From NCBI RefSeq assembly GCF_009914755.1, contig NC_060926.1: a stretch of DNA of 64,000 nt, one strand, 5' to 3'. The notes under the pieces are model-generated. The model had not been told where the DNA came from. It made no database searches and saw nothing but the letters and a program-made list of their open reading frames with translations. Each line of letters begins with the position of its first letter. Position 1 is the stretch's first letter. Below are positions 1-22,413 of the stretch, in pieces. The DNA comes from the human T2T-CHM13v2.0 reference genome, Homo sapiens. Position numbers and translations under genes: made by a program.

Positions 1-439
1 ACTTTCTCTTCTATTTCTTCCTTTTGAAAACTAGCCATCTTATTTTCCTATTCCCATCCTATCTGTCATATTTAGAGAGATCTGTCAAATTTATCCTTGA
101 TGCAGACTTATGCTTAATAGCTTAACAAAACATTACTACATCCATTTATTTTTTGCATTTTAGTAACATATTTTGGAGATAGAAAACTTTAATATAAAAT
201 AATTACTTTCTTATTAGTACAGGAACGTAGTGTTCATTCATTCATATACGTGCTAATACCCCAATAGTTGGCACAAAGGCCATGAAAAGACATGAGCTAT
301 TCTATCCACAAACAAGATTTCCCCATCTAACTATATCTAGCTCTGCCTGCTATACTTGTTTGCCCTTGAATTTATCCAGACCCGAAGCAGCAGCATATTG
401 GCTTTGCACTTGTGTTTTTGTTCCTTCTGTGACTTTGCT

Positions 440-720
440 TCTCTTCCCAATTAGCCACTGTTCTAATCAATTTAATCCATCTCTGACAGCACGCCATATT
501 TTCCTATCTTGTTGATGAGCATGTCATGTGGAACAGAGTCAGAAGCCTCCCTGATGTCAAAATATACTATGTCTGTCCCTTCCTTCTTGCATACAACGTC
601 TGACACTCTGTCAGAGGAGGCAATTGAATTGGTCTAACATGATTTGTTGGTCACAAAGTCAAGCTGATTATTACCTATCATTCTGAGCCCTTCCATGTGC
701 TTGCAAATTGATTAGGCATC
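440..720 (-). mobile_element. L3/CR1 LINE fragment (degenerate RT region)
   Basis: The reverse complement reads ...accaacaaatcatgttagaccaattcaattgcctcctctgacagagtg...gacatagtatattttgacatcagggaggcttctgac..., resembling the CR1/L3 RT segment (KSCQTNL..DIVYLDFSKAFD). Boundaries approximate. Confidence 0.7.
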
Positions 721-1264
721 TTGATCTTGTGGTTAATGCACTTTTTGTCATTGTGTAGAGTCTGGGACACTTCAATGCAATCTTGGGCTACTGTGAGAAT
801 ACATTTACCATCTATTCCACTTTCATTAAAGATAAAGAGCTCATTTGCTTTTATAGCTCAGAAATTCTAAGAAAATTCTTAATGCTCTCAAGGACTCTTG
901 GGAATCTTAATAGTAGCCTAGATTTGGCATCACAAGAGTTAAAACGAAATCAAGTTTCTTATCCTTATTACCAGGAAAGACAACACACGTTTGTTGAGTC
1001 CCTGCTATGTAAAAGGCATTTCTGCTGCTTGGTTATGCGATAGATACAAAGTTGTATAAGACGGTCTGAAATCTTGTGTTGTCTGTAGAGAACACGGACA
1101 CATGAGAAACTAATTGACACCAAAATATTTTATGTGAACAATGGGGAAAAAAAGACCATACAGCTTTTTGGTTGGTTGTGTGTTATTAGGAATCACAGTT
1201 TCTTTGTGCCTGCTTGTCTAGCTAAATCATTTAAAATAATAATGCAGACATATTATTTGCATAT

Positions 1265-1410
1265 TTCTTTTTTAATTTAAAATTTTAAATGATCCATAAT
1301 AGATGTACATATTTTTGGTGTTCATGTGATAACAGGTACAACCATATAATGTGTAAAGATCAAATCAGTGTAACAGATACCCATCACCTTATATTTATCT
1401 TTTCTTTTTG
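1265..1410 (-). mobile_element. Old L1 (L1MA/L1PB-like) 3' end fragment
   Basis: T-rich tail followed by ataatagatgtacatattttt...gatcaaatcagtgtaa...ccatcacct, typical of an antisense L1MA 3' end. Confidence 0.6.
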
Positions 1411-1630
1411 ATTTGACTGCTTCCTAAATTTCGACTCATCTTTTATTTATCTACATCCTCAAAATGCCTAGTGGCAGTGAGGCTGATTTATTTATATTCT
1501 TGGTGTCATTACATGTTTCCTATTGTTTTCTTTGTCTTTTTCTTTTTATCAGCTTTGTACTTATGCCTAGTTAAGGGCTTGTAGGTATGTTCTTTCAAGG
1601 ATGGGAACATTTTCCCAAGATTCTTGATCG

Positions 1631-1698
1631 TAGGGTCTCTTGAGAACTCTCACTGTTACTGTTCTAGGGTCTCTTGAGAACTCTCACTGTTACTGTTC
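1631..1698. repeat. Perfect 34-bp tandem duplication
   Basis: tagggtctcttgagaactctcactgttactgttc occurs at 1631-1664 and again at 1665-1698. Confidence 0.97.
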
Positions 1699-3600
1699 AA
1701 TAAAGGCTTGGTAATAACATATTATCACCATCAACAAAATATAAAAAATATAACTCCTTGTATTTATAAGCATATTGATAAGAATCAAATTATTAATGAA
1801 AGAATAACAAAAATGCTTGGCAAAAAATATCCAACGACCACCTTTTTTATTTTGCTTTTTTTCCAAACAGATTTATTTTAAAATACAATTCTGAATTAAA
1901 AAATTAAAATATTCCAGGACAAAACATTTGTCACTATACTCAGCTACAATCCTTTGAGGAAATACCTTTTCTATTGCTTATTGATAGGCTTCTGTCATTA
2001 CAAGTTTGAGGTCTCAAGAGCTGGGAAATATTAGGATATTGGATGATACCGGATGATATTAGATAATTATTGATAATTCTATTAGGTGTGCTGAGGTACT
2101 TAGGAAATTATTAGTTCTCAGAGAAGGATACTGTTCTACTTAAAGTGTAGTGCTATAGGTAAATTCCTTGGAAATGTTTGGCAATACATAATACATGTAC
2201 ATAAATACAATACATATATGTGCATATACATGTAAAATATCTATTTGAAGTCTCAGGTCTTGAGCCCAGAAGAAGCTTCTTGGAAGCTCTTTTCCCCCTG
2301 CTTCTTCTGATCACTGCATTTTTTCATGGCTTTATGACCCCACAACCATCACCTTTACTTTTTCTCTTCTATGCCACTCTTACTAGTTCTAATGTATTTT
2401 CCCAGTGTATGAAAAGGGAATCTTATATTATATCATCCAGTCAATATTTTGAGCCTCACAGTGTTCTGCAGTCTATTCTTTTTAGCCAAGTGAAAATGAA
2501 AAGGAGGCAACAGAGAGGGATGCCCATGTCTGCATCAAAACCTGCAATGCGCACACACTCCTCATCTGCTTGTCTCCTCCCTTGAAACACACGTAGGGTG
2601 TGACAATGAAGATCTGATAAGCAAAGTAGTAAAAAAAGATCAATAAATAAATTCTTCAGACAAGTGGCCCTCAAGACAAGTTTGCTGAATCTGTAACTTA
2701 GACATTTAAAAATCTGCCAAAGTCTCTCCTTGCTAAAGAAATATCATAAAAGGCTCTCATAAAAAGGCTGATGTTTTCTCCAGACATAAAAGGACAGAAA
2801 CATTTCAAAAGAGTTATGATACAACTTGGCTTTTTTCTTGGCATAAACAACATTTCCTTGAGGTTAAAGGGTTGAAGTAGATCTAGTAACTTTAGAATTT
2901 TATTTCAATAAAGCAAAATCAATCAATAAGATGTATGCTGTTGAAATCCAAGCAAACTCTGGCATAGTGTAATTGCACAAAAGTGTCTGAGAAAAAAGAA
3001 TGTAGATCAATAATTGATTTTCTCTCATTTAAATTTTTTATTCTCTGTCGGTCAGGATACAGACTAAAGGGAGTGAAGGCCTTTTTAAGCTCCCTGCTTA
3101 TTTGAAGTGTGCAATAGATGGATAAAAGCAAGCTTCTTCCAAACACAGTTCTCTTGCTTTCTCATCATTTTGAATCTGTGGATGCAAAGAACAATTTTTG
3201 AAGTACATTAAAAACAACGACTACAGAAAAGATCAAGCTCACATTAATAAAAGGAAGTATGGGCTAGTGCATACATTTGCTGCATAAAGCACATGGAATA
3301 TACTTTTTCTGATTCTCATTCATTCAAAATTTTGAAGCAGCCTAGAGCTGTAAGAACTTTGGAGGTCTTTTATTTTGGCTTTCCATTTTTAGAACTCCTA
3401 AGTGGTGGTGACCATCTTATCTCCAGGTGCTGGGAAGACTCCCACTGCATGAAAGCTGGGCCTTTCTATTATTGGGCAGGTTAAATTCTAAGAAATCTTT
3501 CAGTTTTATTGGATACAATCTATTTTTCACTGATGGATTCTGACTTTGTCTTTTGCAGCTATGAGTAATAGCTAACAAGGGAGGCAATAGATTGTAGAAA

Positions 3601-3787
3601 AGTGCCTCTCAAGTGTGGTTCCTTCACTACCAGCATCAGCCTCATCTGGGAAGTAATAACAAATACAATTACAAGGTTCTACTCCAAAGAGATCGAATCA
3701 AAAACTCTGGGGGTGGGACCCAACCGTCCATGTCTGAACAGCCCTCCTGGTGATTCTAAAACATGCTAATGTTTAAGAATCCCTGCT
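3601..3787. mobile_element. MER5A (hAT-Charlie MITE)
   Basis: ctcaagtgtggttcc...cagcatcagc...gaatcaaaaactctgggggtggg...tgattctaaaacatgctaatgtttaagaatccctg. Confidence 0.8.
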
Positions 3788-4581
3788 TTATCTATTCGTC
3801 TTATAAATAATGAGTCTCATTCTAGGACAGTTTCTAGAACTGCCTATTACATTCCTCTGAACAAGGTATGGGTTGAATAAGCAAACCCAAGTGTACCCCT
3901 TTTTTGAAAACAGTCTAAGTCAAACTATCCAATCCAATTCAAGAAGCAGCAAGCCCCTACCTTGATTGATCAGATCAAAGAACACGAATAAAAAAATAGG
4001 TTTGTCATATCTGCAAGGTAAGTAAAGATGCATTTTTTGATTATTAGCACCATGTAACAGAAGCTGCTAGATGGAACAATTCCAAACAACAAAAACAAAA
4101 ACTGGTGGTGAAATTTTTCTTTTTCTTTCTTTTAAAAATAAATTTGGATTTATCATTTCTTTTATGATGCTTTAAATGTCAGGGAAAGCCTATCCACAGT
4201 GTGCACAAGTCTAATTAGGATTATAATAAGTAACTGCTGGAATGATTTTGAAATTGGCGCTAATCTACTCTTGTTACTCCGTGCTTGAGGAAACTGAGAC
4301 TTAACGTAGATCAATAATCCATCCTCATAAAATTTAGTTACATGCAGACAGTTAGTAGCAGATTCTGCACTCGGAAACAGTCTCTGGATTCCCGATCCTC
4401 CAGGCTTTCTCATCCATGTCCGGCTGCATTTCTTTTCTTATTCTGGATTTATTCTTGTTACCATGGAAGCTACAGATATAGAATAGTATAATATAGGACT
4501 TTCAGATTTAGAGCAGTTCAGGGCTGTGAATGTAGCTTAGCACATCATGGTGCAAACATAAAATTAAAAACAAATAAAAAC

Positions 4582-4885
<304 letters not shown>

Positions 4886-4898
4886 ATGAATACTTTAA

Positions 4899-5322
<424 letters not shown>

Positions 5323-6379
5323 ATATGTGCTCAATTTTTACCTGGTCACTGTGTGAATATTGGGTATTATTTACAGTTGAATGCCACTTCTATGAAGGTA
5401 AGGGCTGGGTTTTATACAATTTATAAGCTTAATAGTGATTAGTTTACTGTCTTAAAAATGTCAATATTTATTTGGTCAATCAGTGCAGAAAGCACAATCA
5501 AGAAAAAGAATTTATAATAAATGTCCTTTCCCCACCAGAAAGTGGAAAAGTCAGGAAGAGCTACCATGATCCAGAGAAAAGGGAGCAGATGTCAGCAGAG
5601 GCATCAGGACTGGGAAATCATGTGATGAGGGGGCATTTGAAGGAATTTCGGAATCAGGGAAGTGATTTTAGGCTGCAGAGCACGAGTAAAGGCTTCTTGT
5701 TCAGAAGAACCAGTGAGGCATTTGGGTGATATTGAAGAAGAAGGTGTTATTCTTCTAACATTATAATTTGGGCTCCTTAATTTTCTTTAAGTAATAAAAC
5801 CTAGAAAATTACACAACTGAATTTTTTTTTCAACTTAGAAGTGGCATGAAAACTGGATTCACGGGTGAGGAAAGTATTTGGGTAGGAAGAGAGGATTATT
5901 ATGATATTTTCCAGGCTTCTCCCTGCCAGAATACTTGGCTTTCTGGTTTCCATTACTGTACACTGCCCAGTGTGTTTATCTGTAAAACAGTCATCCACAT
6001 TCATTTTCTGAGCAACTATAATGAACAGGAAATTATGTGCTTAGAATGAGAAACAAGATAATTGTAAAAACTGTTGACTCAATTATTTCCCAGGCATAAC
6101 CCCTCCGGTAGTACCTACCCATCTTTATGTCTAAGTGGTCTGCCCTAATTAGATGTATGTTGGTAGATTATGGAGAGCTAATTAAAATGTTGATGAGACC
6201 AGGCCAGTAAAGCAAGAGAATGAAGCAGGCGTAGGTGGATATTCTTGTATTGAACACCTGGAGAAGGTTTGCCTTTGTAAACAAGACACCTGCTTCCAGA
6301 GACCAAGCTAGTCACTGCCATAATACAAATGTTAGTCAGTTGCTATAAATTCTGATATTTTCTATGAAAAGCCAAGAGT

Positions 6380-6925
6380 ACCATCAATTGATGAATGGAT
6401 GAAGAAAAGATGATATACATACCCAATGGAATATTATCAAGAAGGAAAAAGAAAAAAGGAAATCCTGTCATTTGTGACAACTTGGGTGAACCTGGAGGAC
6501 GTTATGCGAAATAAAATAAGCCAGGCACAGAAAGAGAAATCTTACTTAAATATGGAGTCTAAAAAGTCAAACTCATACAAGTAGAGAGTAGAATAGTGGT
6601 TACCAGAGGCTAGGGATGGGTAGGAATGGGCAAATGGGAGATGTTGATGAAAAGATATAAAGTTTGAGTTAGACAGAAGGAATACATTTTAGTCATGTTT
6701 TGCATGGCATGGTCACCATGGTTAGTAATAATGTACTGCACATTTCAGAAATAAAGGGGTAGATTTTAAATACTCTCACCACAAAAAATAGTAAGTAGGT
6801 GGGGTGATGAATATGCTAATTAGCTTGAGTCAATCATTCCACAATGTATACATGAAGTAAAACATCACATTGTGCCCATAAATATATACAACTATCATTT
6901 GTCAATTAAAAATAAAATAAAAAGA
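6380..6925 (+). mobile_element. L1MA-type 3' end, apparently inserted in a hAT-Charlie relic
   Basis: ccatcaattgatgaatggat...gaacctggaggacgttatg...cattccacaatgtatacatg...tttgtcaattaaaaataaaa; degenerate TSD gaaaagcc/gaaaagct. Confidence 0.85.
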
Positions 6926-7692
6926 AAAGCTAGAGATATGAATTTCATGCGAAATCACCCAATTTTTAAATAGTTATACAGCACTTTCAGCCACACAGAA
7001 CAAGACAGCAGCCCTCATTTGGACCTAGGCATCAGTTTGGAAAGTTGACAGGTAGATAAATCTCAAGCACTTCCAGGAGGCAAGTCTGTAGAGGAAGAGC
7101 TGGATATTTGGTCTGGAATTTTGTGATCTTTCCCACATATTGTAACTAGCCCCTGACTTCTTAGGAGCTCTTGTGTCTGAAGGCAAACAATACATCACTA
7201 ACTCGATGCTGTACCAAGTCTGATTTGCAAAATTTATGTCAAATAAGCCTCCTGTTAGGGAATTTGATTTGGCATATAGCTCCTTCCAGACCTCAAACTG
7301 TCTTTCCAGCCAGATAATGTACTCATCATACCCAAGATGTTCACTAATGCTGCTCAAAAAGTGTGAGGATCCATTGAGGTTTGAATAAAAATGCTAAGCC
7401 TACTGTTATGAATTGGGAATATTTACCAGCTCTGATCCAGATAGTAAAAGGAACCAGTTGTGCATTGTGAAAATGCTAGAATGAAATGTAAGCCTGGCAT
7501 TTTGTGGCAGCAGCAGGATGAGACCTCATACAGTGGGCCCTTCTGCAGCTTCTGGAACCTGTGTGGAAATCACAGCAAGAGTATTTATTATGCATTGTTT
7601 CTTTATTATATATTTGTGTCTTTGGGTTAGGCTGATTATAAAGACAGTGGTCTTATGGTTTACAAAATGATCATTTCCTGCAATGTCTTTAG

Positions 7693-7972
7693 AGTGGTGT
7701 TTCTCAAATGTTTTGAACCATGACCAAACATGAAATACATTTTTCATTGCTACCTGGTATACACACACACACACACACACACACTCAAGCAAAATTCCAG
7801 GAAACAGTGTTTCTCTTACTACATAAAATCCACTGTGGTATTTTATTTTCTTTTTATTTCCCTTCTAGACTAGCCTAGGCGAAACTAATTTATTCTATTC
7901 CACTTAATAAAATATGTAAAAGATGTTACAATCCATTAGTGCGTTGCAACCCACAATTTCAAAATCACTGCT
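7693..7972. mobile_element. hAT-Charlie-type MITE relic containing a (CA)n microsatellite at 7761-7784
   Basis: Ends gtggtgtttctcaaatg... and ...tttcaaaatcactg resemble Charlie TIRs. Confidence 0.55.
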
Positions 7973-8065
7973 CTAAAATATGTTAGAGTTTATAGAGATC
8001 CTTGGGCACTCAACCTGACTGCCCAAGTCTAATGATGAATATATCCTTAAATTCCCTGTAACAGC

Positions 8066-8220
8066 AACAAGAAGAGAGAAAAATAAAAAACAAAGAGAAA
8101 TAAAGGAGACAGAGAAAGAGAGAGGGAGGAAGGGAGGGAGAGGGAGGGAGAGAGGGAGAGGGAAAGGGGGGGAGAGAAAGAGAAGGAAAGAGGAGGAGAC
8201 AAAAGGAAAGAAAAGAATCA
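8066..8220. repeat. Purine-rich (GA/GGGA) low-complexity tract
   Basis: agagggaggaagggagggagagggagggagagagggagag... Confidence 0.9.
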
Positions 8221-9440
8221 ATTTCAATTGATGATTCCAATTCTTTAGTTCTTTCATTTATTATCTGAATATCTATGATTAATGGAGGACATATTAAGTG
8301 CAAGATGGGAGTAGTATTAGGTGTCTCCAGTGCAATGTTTAACAAAGCACTCAGGTTCTTAGAGATGCCCCAAAAGTAAAACTTAGCTAGTCCAACAAAC
8401 AAATAAATTGTAAATTGGCAAGAGTCAGGGCAAAATCGACAGAATTGTGTTCTGTAAAAGAAGATGGTATAAGTAATTTCAGGGATACGAACTGTAGAGT
8501 ATTTGGGGCAGGCAGAGTGTTATACTAGGATTTGGTATAGAATAAGAATGCAGTGTCTGGTTCTTGAAACCTGGAAAGTCTAAATCATAGTGTGATTCAT
8601 TTCTCTTTTTGTGAGAGTTGTTTTAACTAGATCAATTCTGGATAAAGCTGATGTTTTTGCTATTGTTGATGATGCTAAATATGATAAATATGGTAGCATT
8701 TATAGTGCCAGACACTAGACAAAGGAATTTGAATGCATTCAATCATTTAGTAGCTTGTATCTTCATTCTTCCTTCTCCACTTGGCTGGACTATTCTTCCT
8801 TCACATGCAGACAGCTCTCTTTCCACTTGGTCCTGAATGATCCTACAACTAGTTTCTTTGTAACTGACTTCGTCAAGTGCTCATTGAGGGCTGGTTGATG
8901 GAGACAGAGTGAGTAGTGCCAGGATTATGCTTGCTGTATTCATTTTCGTCGACCATCTATATATTTCCAATCTTTGTACAGTGCACTGTAGGAACTAAAG
9001 AGCCAGGGGCATACTTAGCTAAGTATTTCCAAAATGTTTCAAATAAGTACTGTGGATTATCTATAAGCATCAACACATAATCCGGCATCATTTCTCACTC
9101 CTCATCTAACTTGAGTTATAGTTTATAAAACATTTTCTTCGTTTCCAGGATGGCTTAGGGTCCTGCTCATCTTATTTTTCTACTTCTACCTGCTTAGCAG
9201 CTTCTTGTTTCTTTTTTCTCCCCTCGTGTACTTGTTCCTTCTTATCTCTCTGACCTCTAAATGTTAATGGGCCCCAGAGTTCGGTTTGTGAAGGAGACCT
9301 TAGCTAGTCTTATTACTAAGTACCATCTTTATGCTAATGAATCCCAAATGCATATCTTCAGCCCAGGATTTTCCCCTGAATTAAAAATGTGTATAGACAA
9401 CTTTCTACTTGATATCTACACTAATATGGCTAAAGGGTAT

Positions 9441-10325
<885 letters not shown>

Positions 10326-10528
10326 GCCATCTTAACAATAAATGTCCAAAACTGAGCTCTTGATATTCTTATCACCAATCAAGCAAATAAAAAAAAAACC
10401 ATCTAAACGAATAAAACAAACCAGCAAATAATAATGATTTTTCCTACATTTTTTATAATCTTCCCTATTTCATTAATGGCAATTTTATTCCTTCATGTTA
10501 CCCAGGCCAAAAATCTTATCTTTGATAT

Positions 10529-13239
<2,711 letters not shown>

Positions 13240-13806
13240 ACATCTATTTTTATCACAACCCACACCTGCTCTGTCAGCACAGCCTGTAGGGCCAGGTTCT
13301 AAATATAACTAGAATTCATTTCGTTTTCACCAACCTCACTAGTACAACAGGTCCTAACTGTTCACCTAGGTTACTCTCAACCATCTATTTTGTTAAAGAA
13401 GTCAGGAAGCATGAATCAGATTATTTAAATCCTCTGCTCACCAGCCTCTAATGCTTATTCATTGCATTTCTGAGTAAAAACCAAATCCTCACTATGGTCT
13501 GTCTGATCTGGACCACTTTAAACTTCACCCCACACTCTAATGCTCTCTCTGTTGTCAGGCCTTTCCTGCTATGCCTCTATGTAAACCAGGCAGACCCTTC
13601 CCTGGGGTTCTTTGGGGCTTTTTAAATTATTGTTTCCTCTGCCTGAAATGTTCTTCTCTGATAGTCACATGGCCAGATCCACCCTTCAAATGTCATGTTC
13701 TCAATGAGGAACCTCCTGGCTATTCTATCTAAAGTTTTCCACAGCCAACAGTTTTTATCTCACATCCTGTGTTTTTCTCTTAGTTATATTTTATTATCTA
13801 ATATAC

Positions 13807-14186
13807 TGTATGGACTGAATTGTGTCCTCTCCCTGCCAAATTCATATGTTGAAGCTCTAATCCCCAGTGTTAAAGATAGGACTTTAAAGAGATAACTAAG
13901 GTTAAAATAAGGTCATAAGTGTGGGATTCTAATTCTATATAATTGCTGTCCTTGTAGGAAGAGGGAGAGATACCAGGAGCACACACACAGAGAGAGAACA
14001 CCACTTGAGGACACAGTTGAGACGACGACCCTCTGCAAGCCAAGAAGAGAGGCCTCCCCAGAAACCAAACCTGCTGACACCTTGATCTTGGACTTCCAGC
14101 CTCCAGAACTGTGAGAAAATAAGTTTCTAGGTTTAAATGACTCGTCTATGGGGCTTTGTTCATGGCAGTCTGAGTTGACTAATGCA
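13807..14186 (+). mobile_element. MLT1A-type solo LTR
   Basis: tgtatggactgaattgtgtcc...aaattcatatgttgaag...ccttgatcttggacttccagcctccagaactgtgagaaaata...gactaatgca. Confidence 0.88.
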
Positions 14187-14406
14187 TACGCTAACCATTT
14201 CATGTACTTATTTTGCATACTGCCTGTCTTCCTTTTAGAATGTAAACTTCACCTGGAGAGGAATTTTTATCTGTTTTTTTCACCACTGGAATTCTTAGTA
14301 CTGATAAGGTGCCTTAGCTGTAGTAAGAATCAAGTACTACTTATTGAATGAATAAACAAATAGGTGAGAAAACAGTCCTGGTTTACACTGCTTTCTTTTT
14401 ATCTCT

Positions 14407-15255
<849 letters not shown>

Positions 15256-15329
15256 CAGTGGTCCCAAAAAGTATTTTGTGTTTCAGAGATGTCTCTTCTC
15301 TTTAAGTGGCAGACTAACTTAAAAGAAAG

Positions 15330-15510
15330 CTTATGGGCTCTGGAACCAGATTGAATTGGGTTCAAATCCTAGCTGCAATCACTTACCATATGACCTAGTG
15401 CAAGTTACTTAACCTTTTGACCTTCGCATTATTTGTAAACTAAAGATAGAAATACTTGCTCAGAGCTTTTGTGAGACTTAAAAGAACTCTCATGTGAAGT
15501 ACCTGATACA
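15330..15510 (+). mobile_element. MIR
   Basis: ggctctggaaccaga...gggttcaaatcctagct...caagttacttaacc. Confidence 0.75.
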
Positions 15511-18084
15511 ACTACTGATATTGATCTAAAAAACATCACAAATTTTCCCTTATAACTACTCTGTGGCTGAATCATCAATAGATTAATCTAAATGCCTGTA
15601 GAAAGTCTACTTTTTGTCTTATTAGACAGAAATTATTAGGCATCAGCCTGGTATACTTGCTATTGACTCTTCAAAGCTGTACTTTCTTTTAGTCATTCTA
15701 ACTGACAGTTTTCAACTTTAAGGGATGGCCTTAAAGCCGATAAAGTCCAGGTTTTAGTGACTCGATTTATTTCTACTGTATTTGTACCCTTCATGATGTC
15801 ATTGAGTTAGGCCAGAAGGCTTCTCAGTTTTCTATATTTGAACAAAAGAGGCCTAATTTCCAAACATCAACATAGAGGAGAGTGAATGCTCTTGATTCAG
15901 TGCCATATACCTGGAAAATAACTGAGGTATTCCCAGCAGCTGCTGGTAGCCTCCGATAAGTCCAAGTGAAATATGGGCATCTAAATGCAAAGACAGAGGC
16001 CCTGTCCATTCAAAGTCCCACAAATCAGCCTGTAAATATGTAGGCAGCTATGTGTTTGAATATTTATTCTTGTATTTTATGCAGCTTCTTCAATAAGAAT
16101 TAGAGAAGCAGGTTAAATTTGATGCAATGTCTTAGGCATTAGATTCAATTTAGAGAAATACATGCTAAAGAGAAATAAGGTTTTTTTAAAAAAATTTACT
16201 TTATTTTTTAACAGGAAATTAGCTTAAGCACTGCTTTCAGGTAAAACCATTCTATAACTGACATCATTTTTAAGTGCTCTATATTGATTAAACACTTTAG
16301 CTAGATTTGTAAGTCTGATCAGAAAATATGAGTTGTAAATCACGATGTGATTTTTCCTTTGATCCCATTTAAACATTTTCTCCTTTGGATCACATGATAA
16401 CTTCTGATAAAATTCTGGAAACTAAAATCCATTTAATTGGTAATGATGTTTCTTGTGAAAACGCTTAACACACAATTTTGTTAAAATGCAGGAACATGAA
16501 TGTATTGGTATCTGCTTTTCTCAAGAATAAAATTGATTTCTTCATACTAATCATCTCTTCAATAAACTGTCCCTCTTCTAGTCAAGTCATTAAAATGATT
16601 CTTTCTCAGACACTTTTTGATCTAAGTTATAACTGTCATTTTAGAAAGAAAATTTCAAAATGATTAAGATTTTTTGTTTGAAAGGGGCTTGATTTCTCCT
16701 TAACACTTTACTAATAGAATATGAAGTGAGGATCCCAAGGCAGCTTACATATTTCTGCAGTTTTGTTTATTATATTTTCTGAATTCAGATAAATCTGAAC
16801 AGGCACCTATAAAACCTTTAAATATAAGAACATTCAGTATTTGGAATACAACACCACATTTTATTGTGGCAATGCAGACATTGTAATGGTTTGGGTTTCT
16901 ATCTCTCCAGGCCTGGTGGACAACTGAGAAGAAGAATTGATCGTAGAGTGGATGAGTGCAGAAAGCCATTTCGTAAGGTGATATTTGATGCCTGCATTAC
17001 ATGGGACTCTACATTATTTCTCTCTTCTGGGTCTAGATTTCATAAGCCACTGCTTTCAAGTAGACTGAAGTTGGGAACATATTATCGACTATTATGAAGG
17101 CTAATATTCTACTAAATATAAGTACCATCTAAAGATGTGGAACACAGGTGAAAAGTTGGCATTCATCCTTTTAAGTGTCCTCCTTTCACAGGTGAAGTGT
17201 GTAGCCTAAGGTTATGCAACTACGCAGTAAAATTAGCAGTAGATCCCAGGTGTTCTTATTCCCTGGACTGGTGCTTTTTCTACTCTATGAAAGGAAAGGT
17301 AGTTTTGCTAGTGGGTAATTTGGAGCAAGGAGACTCCTAAGTGAAGGAGTAAAGAGGTTGGAGGGAGAGGCAGGGCAGTCTGCTCTTCTCCCACCCCTAG
17401 TGTTGCCTACGTTTCTGCTCTAGGGATGTATGTTTAACAAAAACATCAAAGGTGGACTTGATCAATGGACTAGAGAGCTGAAAGTTTTATAGAACTTTGG
17501 CAACCCAAGGGAGCTACAGAAAGAGGAGGGTTTGCAAGCTAATGGCAATTCTGTTTTATCTCTATCATCTTACCTCACAGCAGTCATAGGCTTCTCTCTA
17601 GCCCATCCACCAACCCCACACACATGCAGTATAACTGGACAGCCCCAAGGTATCTATAACTATGCCCTAGGTAGCCCACTCCCAAGCTTGAATTTTCTTT
17701 GGGAAAATATTCCCAGTTAGAACATTTTGGGTTGCCCTTATCTTCAGCAAGTCTCAATCCCAATGTCAGTTCAAAGTATCAGAGATAATTAGCAGAACTC
17801 AGTTTAGGCATGTATAAGGAATGAGCAATGGACAAAGGGCATTGTCTAAAAATAATCCTATTTTTGTCAGAGAAAGATAAACCAGATGGAACAAATTGGG
17901 AGGCAAGTAATATTTTAAAAATCATTATAACACATATAGTAAAAATAAAGTTCAGACTATGATACAATTGTAAAATAAAAATGAGTCTTTTTCTTACCCT
18001 GCATTCCAGAGGTAACCATCATTTACTTTCTTAGGCATCCTTCACCAAATGTTCCATGTGTATTCATGCATCTATGTATCATCT

Positions 18085-18085
18085 T

Positions 18086-18150
<65 letters not shown>
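18085..18150. repeat. Compound (TCTG)n(TCTA)n microsatellite
   Basis: Seen directly, next to the Alu poly-T. Confidence 0.95.
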
Positions 18151-18151
<1 letters not shown>

Positions 18152-18153
18152 AT

Positions 18154-18484
18154 CTTTTCTTTTTTTTTTTTTTTGTTTTAAGATGGAGTCTTGCTCTGTC
18201 GCCCAGGCTGGAGCGCAGTGGCACGATCTTGGCTCACTGCAAACACCCCCTGCAATCTCTGCCTCCGGGTTCAAGCAATTCTCTTGTCTCATTTGTGCCT
18301 CAGCCTCAGGCATAGCTGGGATTACAGGCGCAGTTCACCATGCTCAGCTAATTTTTGTATTTTCAGTAGAGACAAGATTTCACCATGTTGGCCAGGCTGG
18401 TCTCAAACTCCTGACCTCAAGAGATCCACCCACGCTGGACTCCCAATGTGCTAGGATTATAGGCATGAGCCACTATGTCTGGCC
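18154..18484 (-). mobile_element. AluS (Sx/Sz-like) with two internal micro-insertions
   Basis: Alu body with extra bases in ctcactgcaa-acaccccctgcaa-tctct and ttgtctca-tttg-tgcctca. Confidence 0.93.
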
Positions 18485-18531
18485 CTATTTTTTTAAAAAA
18501 TAAAAGCAAATGGGAGCTTACTATTCCCATG

Positions 18532-22114
<3,583 letters not shown>

Positions 22115-22233
22115 CTAAGACAGCCGTTGTGTCCTGTATTGTGTTAATTTCTCTCAGTCGCCTGTCCATCACTTACTTCCAACAGTCATAGTATTCGACC
22201 CTTTATAAAAGCGAACCTTGGCATGCTTTAAAG

Positions 22234-22413
22234 CAGTGGTCTCAGCCCTGACTGCACTTTAGAATCACGTGGGGAGCATTTGAAAACTACTGATGCCTGG
22301 GCCCTAACCCAGATTAATTAAATTAGAACTTCTGAGGGTAGGTCCCAGGCATAGCTGGTCTTTTAAAGCTCCCCAGCAGATAGTAAGGTACAGCCAGGGT
22401 TATGAAACACTGG
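22234..22413. mobile_element. MER5B/MER5A1-like MITE
   Basis: cagtggtctcagccctgactgcactttagaatcacgtgggg...cagccagggttatgaaacactg. Confidence 0.75.

Noticed and set aside
7973-8402. Hydrophobic/proline-rich ORFs
   Set aside because: They arise from the GA-rich low-complexity tract.
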